Shown here piece after piece: positions 39,920 through 49,362 of a stretch of DNA of 64,000 bases. The notes beneath the pieces were generated by a model. It was not told the DNA's origin. It made no database searches and worked only from the letters and a program-made list of their open reading frames with translations. Within the stretch, counting starts at the first letter, position 1; every line of letters begins with the position of its first letter. The position numbers and the translations under genes were made by a program. The DNA comes from Candidatus Hodarchaeota archaeon (GTDB taxonomy: Archaea > Asgardarchaeota > Heimdallarchaeia > Hodarchaeales > Hodarchaeaceae): contig JAEOTM010000066.1 in NCBI GenBank assembly GCA_016839815.1, forward strand, positions 1 through 64,000, written 5' to 3'.

Positions 39920-40621
39920 TTAAGAGACATCTTCAACAGAGGCGACAATTCCATCCTTAATATGGAAAATCCTATTAGCCTCTTTGGCAATATTTGAATC
40001 ATGAGTTACTAGGATTAATGTTTGATTTTCCGTTTCATTAACTTCTTTAAGTAAACTCAATACTGCCTGGCCTGACTCTGTATCTAAATCTCCTGTAGGT
40101 TCATCAGCTAATAATATTGTAGGTTTGTTGGCTAGAGATCGTGCTATGGCAACTCTTTGACGTTCTCCTCCACTTAACTCATCAGGTTTATGATCTTGAC
40201 GTCTGAGAAGATCTACTTTCTCCAGTAGATCTGTTGCTCTCTTCACACGTTTATCTTTGGATATTCCGGCAATTAACATTGGCAATTCGACGTTTTCTAG
40301 TGCAGTTAAAACGGGGAGTAAATTATAAAATTGAAAAATAAACCCTACACTCTTTCGACGAATTTCTGTAAGTTGTTGTTCACTTGCTCGAGATATATCG
40401 CTTCCTTCAAGTAAAACTTGTCCAGAGGAGGGATTATCTAACGAACCAATAATATTTAGTAGAGTTGTTTTCCCACAACCACTGGGCCCCATAATAGAAA
40501 CCATCTCTCCCCTGTTAATTTTCATATTAATCCCTCTCAAAGCGTCGACCCTCACTTCACCTAAGATGTAAGATTTTCTTAGATTTTTACACTCAACTAC
40601 TAGATCTTGAACTGATGCCAT
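39920..40621 (-). CDS. ABC transporter ATP-binding protein (LolD/MacB type)
   Basis: GPSGCGKTT, LSGGERQRVAIAR, LADEPTG, VTHD. Confidence 0.93.
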   Translation of the reverse strand: MASVQDLVVECKNLRKSYILGEVRVDALRGINMKINRGEMVSIMGPSGCGKTTLLNIIGSLDNPSSGQVLLEGSDISRASEQQLTEIRRKSVGFIFQFYNLLPVLTALENVELPMLIAGISKDKRVKRATDLLEKVDLLRRQDHKPDELSGGERQRVAIARSLANKPTILLADEPTGDLDTESGQAVLSLLKEVNETENQTLILVTHDSNIAKEANRIFHIKDGIVASVEDVS

Positions 40622-40951
40622 TTAAACCGCCTTTACCAACTCATTTTATTCAAATATGATTATTCTGATGATTAAATAGTCAAAGGAGCGATTCAATTAC
40701 GAGTTATTAACATTTTTATGAGTGAAATAAAACAGGTAAACTAGAACCATCAGAACCCAGAGATTTAGCTCCTTTTCTCGGTCGAATGAAAAGTCAAAGA
40801 TGACGGAGTTAGTCATTTTCGGCATTTTTACTGGCAAATACAGTCAGGAAAAAATAGTATATGTAGGAATAGATGTCAAGAACCTAACTTCAGAATTATC
40901 AACAAATTTATGCAAACTATTTTAAAAATTGAATAAAAAAACACCTTTACA

Positions 40952-41392
40952 ATGGAAAATGTCGATAACCAAACTAAAAAACTGTTGGAAAGACCATTAG
41001 CAAAAGAAATAATGAAACTCCTCACTAAAAATGATCTTTCCATATCTCAGATAATCAATAAAATGAAAAACTTTGACACTCAAACAATTATTGCATTCTT
41101 AACTGAATTACAGCGCTTTGGTTTAATCGAACAAACTAGTAGCTCTATGGAAAGTTATGACGAATTAGAAAAGAAAAGATCTCCTATTAAGGAAAGCAAT
41201 GAAAATTTTACTGATAAAACTACTCAGTTTCCTCCATTAAAAATCTCTGTAATGGCATATAATAAGCTTTGGGAGGACGCTTCAAGAGAGAACGGTCAAA
41301 TTAATCTTCATGATCTAGAAAAATACACTTTTACTGTTCCTAGCACGTTGAAACAACTTTTTAAACCAGATAAATCCAACAATGAGGAGTAA
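40952..41392 (+). CDS. winged-helix hypothetical protein (ArsR-like N-terminus)
   Basis: PLAKEIMKLL...LSISQI...LTELQRFGLIE. Confidence 0.55.
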   Translation: MENVDNQTKKLLERPLAKEIMKLLTKNDLSISQIINKMKNFDTQTIIAFLTELQRFGLIEQTSSSMESYDELEKKRSPIKESNENFTDKTTQFPPLKISVMAYNKLWEDASRENGQINLHDLEKYTFTVPSTLKQLFKPDKSNNEE

Positions 41393-41561
41393 TTCTGTGA
41401 ATTTATCTTCTATCACAATTATAAAAGACTGAAAACCATCTCTTGATGGTGGATTTTAAGAAAAGTTTTTCATTATGAGTTAATTTAGCTCCTAACGGCA
41501 TTTAATATTTACTCTATCTATCTTGGGGTTAATTTTGATATATAAAAGGAAATAAAAGAAA

Positions 41562-43202
41562 ATGTTCAGACAAAACGCTGTTTTAAATGATTTTGTAAAC
41601 TTTCTAAAAGCTCGCGGTAGATTTCGTGAAATTGAATTTATTGATAATAGCGTTCATGCCACTCCACGAATTCCAGATTTTCCGTCACTAATATTCTACA
41701 TCGAAGAAACACTTACTGAACCGAAACAACAACAATACGTTCTTGAGATCCATGGTAGTGAATCAAGTGTCATGAACAGAGAAATTAAGGAGTTCTTCAG
41801 TCTAAATAAGTTAAATGTACAAAAAATTCGCTCTAAATTTCATTTGAAAACAGAAATCGAAGAAGAAATAACTTGTGAAGTAACTGGAATAGGTTCCTCA
41901 TTCGATTCATTTTCAGAACAAATTCAAGCCTTATTTAATGTTGCACAAGTTACAATCGAGACAACTCAGAAAACTTTGATTTTTGGCTCGGAATCTACGA
42001 CAAAGATTGCACCTAGGACAAAAAGACCTTCACAGGTTTCAAGTACTTCGAAAATTTCTACTAAGCAACAAAAACCCACAATATCTCCCGTTATATCCTC
42101 AGTCAAATCTAGACCATCTTCCGAAAAAATAGGTAAATCAAAATTTGAAAATTCGGCACCTGCAATGAAAACTGGAATAACAAAGCCATCTGAAATTCCG
42201 AAAAATACACCCTTATACGAGGATCATTCAGATTATCAAGATAATGAAGTGACTGATAAAATAACAGAGAATTTTAATGAACAGGAACTTTTCAAAACAC
42301 CGCCATCAAATTTGGTGAAACATCCAAAAGAGGAACAAGATCCGGAAGCAGATTTATTCCGAATGCAACCCCCAGATAAATCATACTCAACTGATGTGGC
42401 CCCATATTTAAAGCAAACTACAGGTTTATTCAGAAAAGATAATTGGGAGGAAGATCTTCCTACAGAAACAGAAATGGAAATATTAGACCGCACTTTTGCG
42501 CGAATCAAACATCGTACAAAACCTGAAATTCTCGCTAAAGATTTAGATATCCAGATCGAGGAAGCAGAAAAACATCTTCGAAATCTAATCTCAAAAGGAC
42601 TCCTTAGGACACAAGTAGGATGGTTTATCATCAAAAAAAGCCACTTACCTTTCTTTAAGAAGACATTTTCTGATTCAAATCGTAAAAAGAAGAAGAAAAA
42701 ATCACCACGGATATCTCGGACTGGGGAAGGTCTCACATCAGAAGAAATAGCCACAATCAATGCAATTAAATCTAGACCTAATCTCAAAGCTCAATCAAAC
42801 TTACTTACACGTCCTACAGGGCTAAAACAGAGCATTCTGAAAGAGGTACTAAGAAATTTAGTAGATAAAGGAATACTTAGGGTGTCATATGGGTGGTACA
42901 TCCTCAAAGATAAGCATATTTTGGAGCAAAAAAGAGGAAGTCTAGATCCAGACACAATAATCCCGTCAAAACCTGATTTGAAACTTCCCAAAGGGGTAAA
43001 GCTTTCAGATTCTGAAATTCAAGTCATCCAAGCTCTATTACAGCGTCCACAATATAAAGCTCAATCTAATCTCTTAACCTCAGAGGTTAAATTGTCAAAG
43101 GACCAAATTAAACAAGTCCTAAGGGAATTAGTGGAAAAAGATATTTGTAAAGTCACCTATGGATGGTACACTTTAAAAAATCCAGATGATTTCTTATCAT
43201 AA
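41562..43202 (+). CDS. hypothetical protein with three tandem C-terminal winged-helix repeats
   Basis: Three ~60-aa repeats, each ending LRxLxxKx(I/L)xxxxxGW(Y/F)x(L/I)K. Confidence 0.75.
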   Translation: MFRQNAVLNDFVNFLKARGRFREIEFIDNSVHATPRIPDFPSLIFYIEETLTEPKQQQYVLEIHGSESSVMNREIKEFFSLNKLNVQKIRSKFHLKTEIEEEITCEVTGIGSSFDSFSEQIQALFNVAQVTIETTQKTLIFGSESTTKIAPRTKRPSQVSSTSKISTKQQKPTISPVISSVKSRPSSEKIGKSKFENSAPAMKTGITKPSEIPKNTPLYEDHSDYQDNEVTDKITENFNEQELFKTPPSNLVKHPKEEQDPEADLFRMQPPDKSYSTDVAPYLKQTTGLFRKDNWEEDLPTETEMEILDRTFARIKHRTKPEILAKDLDIQIEEAEKHLRNLISKGLLRTQVGWFIIKKSHLPFFKKTFSDSNRKKKKKKSPRISRTGEGLTSEEIATINAIKSRPNLKAQSNLLTRPTGLKQSILKEVLRNLVDKGILRVSYGWYILKDKHILEQKRGSLDPDTIIPSKPDLKLPKGVKLSDSEIQVIQALLQRPQYKAQSNLLTSEVKLSKDQIKQVLRELVEKDICKVTYGWYTLKNPDDFLS

Positions 43203-43432
43203 CCAAGATGAATTCTTCTGTCAGCAATTAATAATGCTAAAGAAAATAATCATTATTCCTATTGAATGTTGAACGAATTTAGCCTTTTTAGATAAATATC
43301 TATTAACTAATTATCAAAACATCCTCAAAGAACAAATTTTTAAATCATCGAGTTCTATATACATAGGAAACAAAATTTAAAATCATGAATTAATATTGAT
43401 AAATCGAGACAGAAAAATCAACGTGGCTAATT

Positions 43433-44176
43433 ATGACTAACAACGATACTACAAAAGAAATAACTCACGAAATTCCATCATCAGAAGAGAAGGATTCAAC
43501 TACCCCTACAAAACGGTATCACAATGATAAGTTGATGATTTCTACTCTACTGATTGCTACGGTTATCACATTCCTCATTTACACTGTTCCTGATTGGGTT
43601 TTCTTGGAAATTCCAACACGTAACATAATTCATGAGCTACTTACGTTTATGGGCATAGAAAATTTACCTATTCCAATGATAGATCCAACATTGCCCCATC
43701 TGGCCTCACCTATCCCTGATTTTTTAAGGGGAGGTGATTTTCCTTTTCTTGAGGCTACCTCACAAACACCAGGAATTCATATTCCATCCACAAATGGAGA
43801 TTATTGGATAGTGAAAGCCTGTACAGGTATGCAAGCGGGAGGATTATTGCTAGCTATCATCATGATTACTGAAGCTACTTGGAAGGCAAAGCTTCAAGCA
43901 GGTTTTGTATTTTTTATTGCACTATTTATTGGAAATACATTACGCATTACCTTTCATCTATGGTGTGTATCGTTTTTGGTCTCACAATTCAATATGAATT
44001 CTGAAGACGCCTTTTACTGGGCACATGATGTATCTTCAAAGGTGATCGGATTTTTTGGCACGATTCTCTTTGCATTAATTATTGAACGAATGGGAGTTCC
44101 AATAATCGATCAATTTGCAGATTGGTTGGACTGGATATGGTGGAGATTAGAAAAGGGATTCTCGATATTCACTTGA
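43433..44176 (+). CDS. archaeosortase/exosortase family protein
   Basis: IVKACTG (catalytic Cys), NTLRI (Arg), AHD (His); multi-TM. Confidence 0.85.
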   Translation: MTNNDTTKEITHEIPSSEEKDSTTPTKRYHNDKLMISTLLIATVITFLIYTVPDWVFLEIPTRNIIHELLTFMGIENLPIPMIDPTLPHLASPIPDFLRGGDFPFLEATSQTPGIHIPSTNGDYWIVKACTGMQAGGLLLAIIMITEATWKAKLQAGFVFFIALFIGNTLRITFHLWCVSFLVSQFNMNSEDAFYWAHDVSSKVIGFFGTILFALIIERMGVPIIDQFADWLDWIWWRLEKGFSIFT

Positions 44177-44435
44177 TTATGCCATTAGAGTATATACATC
44201 AGATAAATTCGAATGCTTCCCCTCCTCTCAAGGTGAACTAGGTGTCACTTTCTCGTTTACTTCAGGGAAATATGAGGTGAATTTGAGCATTTTTTTCTTC
44301 TAGTCTAGGATTGGAAATTTTAAACAACTGCTTTAGCCCTTTATCGCGATGTAAAACTTCTTAAGTAAATCCGGATTTAGACTACTTGAAACGATGATCA
44401 CATCGATCTAGGCATTTACGACAGGAGTGTAGAGT

Positions 44436-44612
44436 ATGAGTGTCAGAAAAACAAAAAAACGTGATGATTCTCCGATGCCAGCCACTGGTGCAGGATTGAT
44501 TAGGTTTTATTCCGAATCGGATTCACCAGGGTTAAAAATTGGCCCTTATTGGACAGTTGGACTAGCGATCGTATTTGTAGGACTAATTCTTATATTAAAT
44601 CTGTTTCAATGA
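44436..44612 (+). CDS. sec61b: preprotein translocase subunit Sec61beta
   Basis: Not in ORF track. MSVRKTKKRDDSPMPATGAGLIRFYSESDSPGLKIGPYWTVGLAIVFVGLILILNLFQ; AGLIRFY motif and C-terminal TM. Confidence 0.92.
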   Translation: MSVRKTKKRDDSPMPATGAGLIRFYSESDSPGLKIGPYWTVGLAIVFVGLILILNLFQ

Positions 44613-44677
44613 AGACAGGTTGAACAATTTTAGTGTGATTTTTTTCTACATCTTTCTTTAAATTAGGTAAATGAAAT

Positions 44678-45577
44678 TTGAGTAGGTTGGATGTAATAAT
44701 GGAAGATATTCCCCTTTCTGAAATAATGACCCAAAAAGAAGATTTAGTTATTATGAGAATACCTGGTAATCGAGATTTGTTGATTGAAGCTATTCGGAAA
44801 ACAGGGTTAAGCGTTTATCCTGTGTTAAGAAAGGATTCAGATGAACTAGTTGGAATTCTATCTAGATCAGACTTATTCAGAAATCCAGATGAAACACAAC
44901 TTTCCCTTCTAATGAAGCGAAATGTTATCACACTAAACCCCAATGATAATGTCATTGATGCTGCTAGGATATACAAGGAAAATGTTTTCCAAAGAATTCC
45001 TATTGTTGAAGATGATGAGAAAACCCTTACTGGTTTGGTTGCTCGTAATGATCTCATCAAGAAAGTAATACTAAAAGCTAAAATTCAAACAGATGTTAAA
45101 AATTACTTTAATCCCAATGTGACAACAATTTGGGAAGAAACACCAGTAAATATTGCTGCAAAGATACTTCGTGTTAGTCATCAAAAAGGACTTCCAGTCC
45201 TCAATGAATCAGGCATGATTGGGATCATCACCCAGAATGATTTTCTAAAGGTTGCAGAAATCTTAGATTCTCAAAGTACAAGTCGAACTGGTCATGGTGC
45301 AGAAAATGATAGTTCCTCCTGGGATAGTGAATCAGTCTTGATTATTGGTTCAAAAACACTCACTCTCCCTAGCAACATGAAAGTAAACGATATTATGGAA
45401 CGAAATGTGGAATTATGTTACACTGGAACCACCATTCACGAAGTTACTAAGAAAATGGTTCAGAAAAACCTCGATCAAATGCCTGTAGTAAGCGTAAGTG
45501 GTGATATCTTAGGGATAATTAATACACGAGATATAATAAGAGCGTATATTCACGAATATGAGAAGGAGAAGAAATAG
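44678..45577 (+). CDS. tandem CBS-domain protein (MJ1225-like)
   Basis: Four CBS repeats; SSSWDSES insert. Confidence 0.85.
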   Translation: MSRLDVIMEDIPLSEIMTQKEDLVIMRIPGNRDLLIEAIRKTGLSVYPVLRKDSDELVGILSRSDLFRNPDETQLSLLMKRNVITLNPNDNVIDAARIYKENVFQRIPIVEDDEKTLTGLVARNDLIKKVILKAKIQTDVKNYFNPNVTTIWEETPVNIAAKILRVSHQKGLPVLNESGMIGIITQNDFLKVAEILDSQSTSRTGHGAENDSSSWDSESVLIIGSKTLTLPSNMKVNDIMERNVELCYTGTTIHEVTKKMVQKNLDQMPVVSVSGDILGIINTRDIIRAYIHEYEKEKK

Positions 45578-45651
45578 TTCTTCTCAAAAAATAGAATTTT
45601 CCAGCGAATAGATGAAATTCTAGGATTCATTGAGACTATATTTGGAGACGG

Positions 45652-46494
45652 TTGAGGATTATTTTGTCTGTTCATCGATCAATTGCAATTCCTGATTCCG
45701 CAGTAAGTGATAACAGTGATATACGTTCAAAAACTGAAAAACTCTTTCAAATTAGTCGAATTGTAGCAATCTTTCAAGTCCAAAACATCATCATTTACCA
45801 CGATCCATTCTTGAAACCAGCTCGTGCAAACCGTGAAAGAAGAATTATTACTAGAATCTTAAAATATGTTGAATGTCCTCAATACCTACGTAAACGACTG
45901 TTTCCCCTCTCACGAGATACTGCAGCTGTTGGAATCTTGTCTCCTTTAGCAATTCCTCATCATGCAAAAACACGTGATCTGAAACTGAATGAAATTCGAG
46001 AAGCTGCGATTTTTCTGAACCAAAATCGTGTAGTGGCTGATGTCGGAGGTATAGAACTCCTAGAAGTAGAAGGATGGAAAAAATCACTGAAGGAGAAAAC
46101 TATCCGTGTCACTACAAAAATCATCAAGGAAAACGGGAAGTTTAAGGCGAAAATTCTTAAAAATCCTCCCAAAACAGAATATTGGGGATATTCTGTTAAT
46201 GCATATCAACAAACTATGAGTAAAGTATTAGCCAATAGATCTGAATATAAAATCGCTACTTCAAGAACATGTGAACCTTTTTCTAGGCTAAAACAAAAAT
46301 TAACTTTAAAAAAAGACTTAATAATCGCCTTCGGAGGACCATATAGTGGTATTCCCCAATTGTTAAAGGCAGAAGGGAAAAAAATTAGTGATATATTTGA
46401 TACTTGCGCTAATACACTCAACAAATATGGTACACGATCATTGAGACTTGAGGAAGCAATGATGATAATGTTCAGTCGTCTAGAGGACGGTTAG
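45652..46494 (+). CDS. SPOUT-class RNA methyltransferase (SPOUT1/MTH1-like)
   Basis: SIAIPDS, CPQYLRKRLF, YWGYSV, FGGP, GTRSLRLEEA. Confidence 0.88.
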   Translation: MRIILSVHRSIAIPDSAVSDNSDIRSKTEKLFQISRIVAIFQVQNIIIYHDPFLKPARANRERRIITRILKYVECPQYLRKRLFPLSRDTAAVGILSPLAIPHHAKTRDLKLNEIREAAIFLNQNRVVADVGGIELLEVEGWKKSLKEKTIRVTTKIIKENGKFKAKILKNPPKTEYWGYSVNAYQQTMSKVLANRSEYKIATSRTCEPFSRLKQKLTLKKDLIIAFGGPYSGIPQLLKAEGKKISDIFDTCANTLNKYGTRSLRLEEAMMIMFSRLEDG

Positions 46495-46595
46495 TCTCAT
46501 TCGTCTTTACTGATTTTCTATCCCGAAATCTTTAAATTTCCTCCTCATTGGAATCAAACTCGTATATAATTAAGTTAAAAGGCTTGAGATAACCT

Positions 46596-46710
46596 GCGGG
46601 GGTTCCCTAGCCAGGTCAACGGGGACAGACTCAAGATTTACCCTCAATTTGAGGTGAATGAAGAGATCTGTTAGTGTAGACTTTCGTGAGTTCAAATCTC
46701 ACCCCCCGCA
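46596..46710 (+). tRNA. tRNA-Leu(CAA) with 30-nt intron (46636-46665)
   Basis: GCGGGGG/CCCCCGC acceptor, ACAGA-CTCAAG|intron|A-TCTGT, variable arm, TTCAAAT; TATATAAT about 30 nt upstream. Confidence 0.92.
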
Positions 46711-46813
46711 CTATACAAACGAGAAGAAATAACTCATTGGCAATAGGTTCTAAGTGTTCAATGAATTAAAATAGTATCATTTCCCCCCATTAGATGAAGT
46801 TTGAGGTTTCAAG

Positions 46814-47458
46814 ATGAGTACAGAAGAAATTATTCCAGGAATTACTCCAACACGAATGCAATTACTCGAACTTAATCAAAGACTAGAATTAGCTACAAAA
46901 GGATATGAACTGCTTAGTGAAAAACTGGAGGCTCTTACTGGAGAACTACTCACCTCAGTAAATACCTACAAGGATAGAAGGGAAAAAGCTCTTGAAAAAA
47001 CAAACCAAGCTCAGGATGAGTACAGAAAACTAGAGCTACAACTAGGGATTACTGAACTACGGGGAGTAGTATCTAGCTTTAAACAAGCATATAAACTAGA
47101 AAGCAAAAGACGAAGTTTAATGGGAATTTCTGTTCCTATGTTTAATCTAATTGATACTGAAGACGAAAATGAAAAGAGCCTCTCATACTCGTTGAAAAGA
47201 ACATCTGCAAAATTCGATAAGAACCTATTTTTGTTTAAAGAATGTCTTCAAGCCATTATACAGTTAGCAGAAGTTCAATCAACTATATCCCGTCTATCAA
47301 AGGAAATTATTGAAACCAAACGACGGGTTAATGCCTTAAATTATATTATAATTCCAAGGATTGAAGCAACAGTCAAATGGATTCGATTAACTCTTGCTGA
47401 ACGTGAAAGAGAGTCGTTTGTTAGATTGAAAAAAGTAAAGAAGAAAATTTCAGGATGA
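46814..47458 (+). CDS. atpD: A/V-type ATP synthase subunit D
   Basis: PTRMQLL...A.KGYELL, TKRRVNALNY.IIP, ERERESFVRLK. Confidence 0.93.
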   Translation: MSTEEIIPGITPTRMQLLELNQRLELATKGYELLSEKLEALTGELLTSVNTYKDRREKALEKTNQAQDEYRKLELQLGITELRGVVSSFKQAYKLESKRRSLMGISVPMFNLIDTEDENEKSLSYSLKRTSAKFDKNLFLFKECLQAIIQLAEVQSTISRLSKEIIETKRRVNALNYIIIPRIEATVKWIRLTLAERERESFVRLKKVKKKISG

Positions 47459-47473
47459 GATTATTAATATCCA

Positions 47474-48220
47474 TTATTCTCTTCTAATTCTTCCTCTTCT
47501 TGGTCCAGTTCTACGAGCGGCAATTAAACCGACTTTACGGCCTGGTGGAGCGTTACGGGATACTGTAGTTGGCTGTCCTGGTCCCTGATGAGCACCCCCA
47601 CCAAAAGGGTGCGAGACTATGTTCATTGCTACACCACGGACTACAGGGAACGCTTTATGACCTTTTGCTCTCATGAATGCTCTTTTTAATCCTGCTTTCA
47701 AGAATGGACGATCAGGTCTTCCACCAGCTGAAATAACCCCAACCATTGCTCTTGCATTTTTGTGAACTTGACGAGTATACTTGGAAGGTAATTGGATTGA
47801 TGGTCCAGATTTTGATTGACCACGGACTTGTCCATGGGTTCCTGATGCACGACAAAGTGCACCACCATCGCCTGGTCGCATTTCGATATTGCAGATCCAT
47901 ACTCCCTCAGGGATTTTGTGAACTGGAACAATATTTCCCACCTCTAATTCAGCTTCTTCTCCTTGTTCACATTTTTGGCCGACATGCACTCCTTCTGGTG
48001 CTGGTAATAGGCATTCATCACCATCATCATAACGGATAAGCATTAGGGGGAGTCCACGACCCATTTCATGGATAAAATCAATGATAGTGAACCCAATTTT
48101 TCCAGTTAATTCTTGTTCTTTAATTGGTAAATAACGTGCTTTTCCCCTTCTTCTATGCGATAACGCACGGAATACTGGAGAACCACGTCCACGTCTTTGT
48201 ACAAGTATTTTTTTTCCCAA
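47474..48220 (-). CDS. rpl2: 50S ribosomal protein L2
   Basis: GKKILVQRRGRGS, VRGVAMN, HPFGGG, APPGRKVGLIAARRTG. Confidence 0.97.
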   Translation of the reverse strand: MGKKILVQRRGRGSPVFRALSHRRRGKARYLPIKEQELTGKIGFTIIDFIHEMGRGLPLMLIRYDDGDECLLPAPEGVHVGQKCEQGEEAELEVGNIVPVHKIPEGVWICNIEMRPGDGGALCRASGTHGQVRGQSKSGPSIQLPSKYTRQVHKNARAMVGVISAGGRPDRPFLKAGLKRAFMRAKGHKAFPVVRGVAMNIVSHPFGGGAHQGPGQPTTVSRNAPPGRKVGLIAARRTGPRRGRIRRE

Positions 48221-48233
48221 TCATGTCACCTTC

Positions 48234-48509
48234 TTAAATTATCCCTACTTCTGTCGCGAGATCTAAAGCACTATTTTCAGGGTCAAGTTTAATGAATGCT
48301 TTCTTTTTTCCTTGGGGTGTGATTAGAGTATTTACTTTAACTACAGAAACATTATAGAGTGATTCGAAAGCATATTTTATCTGGTGTTTTGTTGCATTAC
48401 GATCCACAATGAAAACCAATGCGTTTTCAGTAATGCTATCCATTTTATTAAATGCAGACTCTGTGATTAGAGGATATTTGATAATATCTTGGGGATGATC
48501 GAATTTCAT
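48234..48509 (-). CDS. rpl23: 50S ribosomal protein L23
   Basis: IIKYPLITE, KVNTLI, KKAFIKL. Confidence 0.96.
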   Translation of the reverse strand: MKFDHPQDIIKYPLITESAFNKMDSITENALVFIVDRNATKHQIKYAFESLYNVSVVKVNTLITPQGKKKAFIKLDPENSALDLATEVGII

Positions 48510-48543
48510 TTAACTCCAACCTTCGCTTATATAATTCTTATAA

Positions 48544-49338
48544 TTAATTTTTTTCCCATTCTTTAAGATAATCAACAGCTGATTTAGTCCATATCGTTAG
48601 TCGTCCAGCATGGGTTCCTGGAGCTAAGTGTTCAGTATTTAATTGATCGATAATCACAGCATCAACACCAGAAATGTTTCTAGCTGCTCTAAGTATTCCC
48701 ATATCATTAGCTACTACTAACAGTACGGATTTACCATTTTTATATTTCCTTCCACGTCGTTTCCCCTTCCCTGCACGCACATGGGAATTTCTACGTTTTG
48801 CTTTTGCTAAATCAAAGGATAATCCTAAACTCTTAAATGTTTCATAAACATCTTTCGTCTTCTTTAGTGATTCAAGTTCATCTGTCACCACTAAAGGTAA
48901 ATAATTTACTTCCTCAATTATATGACCTCGTGATTCCACGAGAATTGGATCGGAAGTTGCGGCAATTGCTGAATTTCTAGCAATTATTCTCTCTTTCTTA
49001 TTAACTTTTTCAGAAAAATTCTGATCGGCTTCTGGTGGGTGTGTACGCCTTCCTCCAACAGCAAATGGAATAAGTGCGGCCCGACTGGCAGAATGAGTTC
49101 GAGATCCCTTTACCCGTGGAACTCTAGCAGCCCCACGACCCGTTCCCCAGCTTTCAGCAGAGGTTCGTTTACCTGCTCTAGGATCAACTCCATAAGGAAC
49201 CTGTCTATTTCGACGGCTAGATAATACTGCGCGTTTTATTAAATCGGGACGAAAAGGGGCTTGAAATACTTCCGCAAGCTCGATCTTCTCAACTTCTTTT
49301 CCTTTAATATTAAACACTGGCACCTTTGTTGATTTCAT
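48544..49338 (-). CDS. rpl4: 50S ribosomal protein L4
   Basis: SAESWGTGRG.ARVPR, RAGKGKRRGR, LAPGTHAGRL. Confidence 0.97.
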   Translation of the reverse strand: MKSTKVPVFNIKGKEVEKIELAEVFQAPFRPDLIKRAVLSSRRNRQVPYGVDPRAGKRTSAESWGTGRGAARVPRVKGSRTHSASRAALIPFAVGGRRTHPPEADQNFSEKVNKKERIIARNSAIAATSDPILVESRGHIIEEVNYLPLVVTDELESLKKTKDVYETFKSLGLSFDLAKAKRRNSHVRAGKGKRRGRKYKNGKSVLLVVANDMGILRAARNISGVDAVIIDQLNTEHLAPGTHAGRLTIWTKSAVDYLKEWEKN

Positions 49339-49362
49339 GTTTCACACAACTCTTCTCTTTCA

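Noticed and set aside
42450-43202. Z-alpha (Z-DNA/RNA binding) identity for the wH repeats
   Set aside because: Wing Trp is present but the recognition-helix Asn/Tyr (NxxLY) is absent
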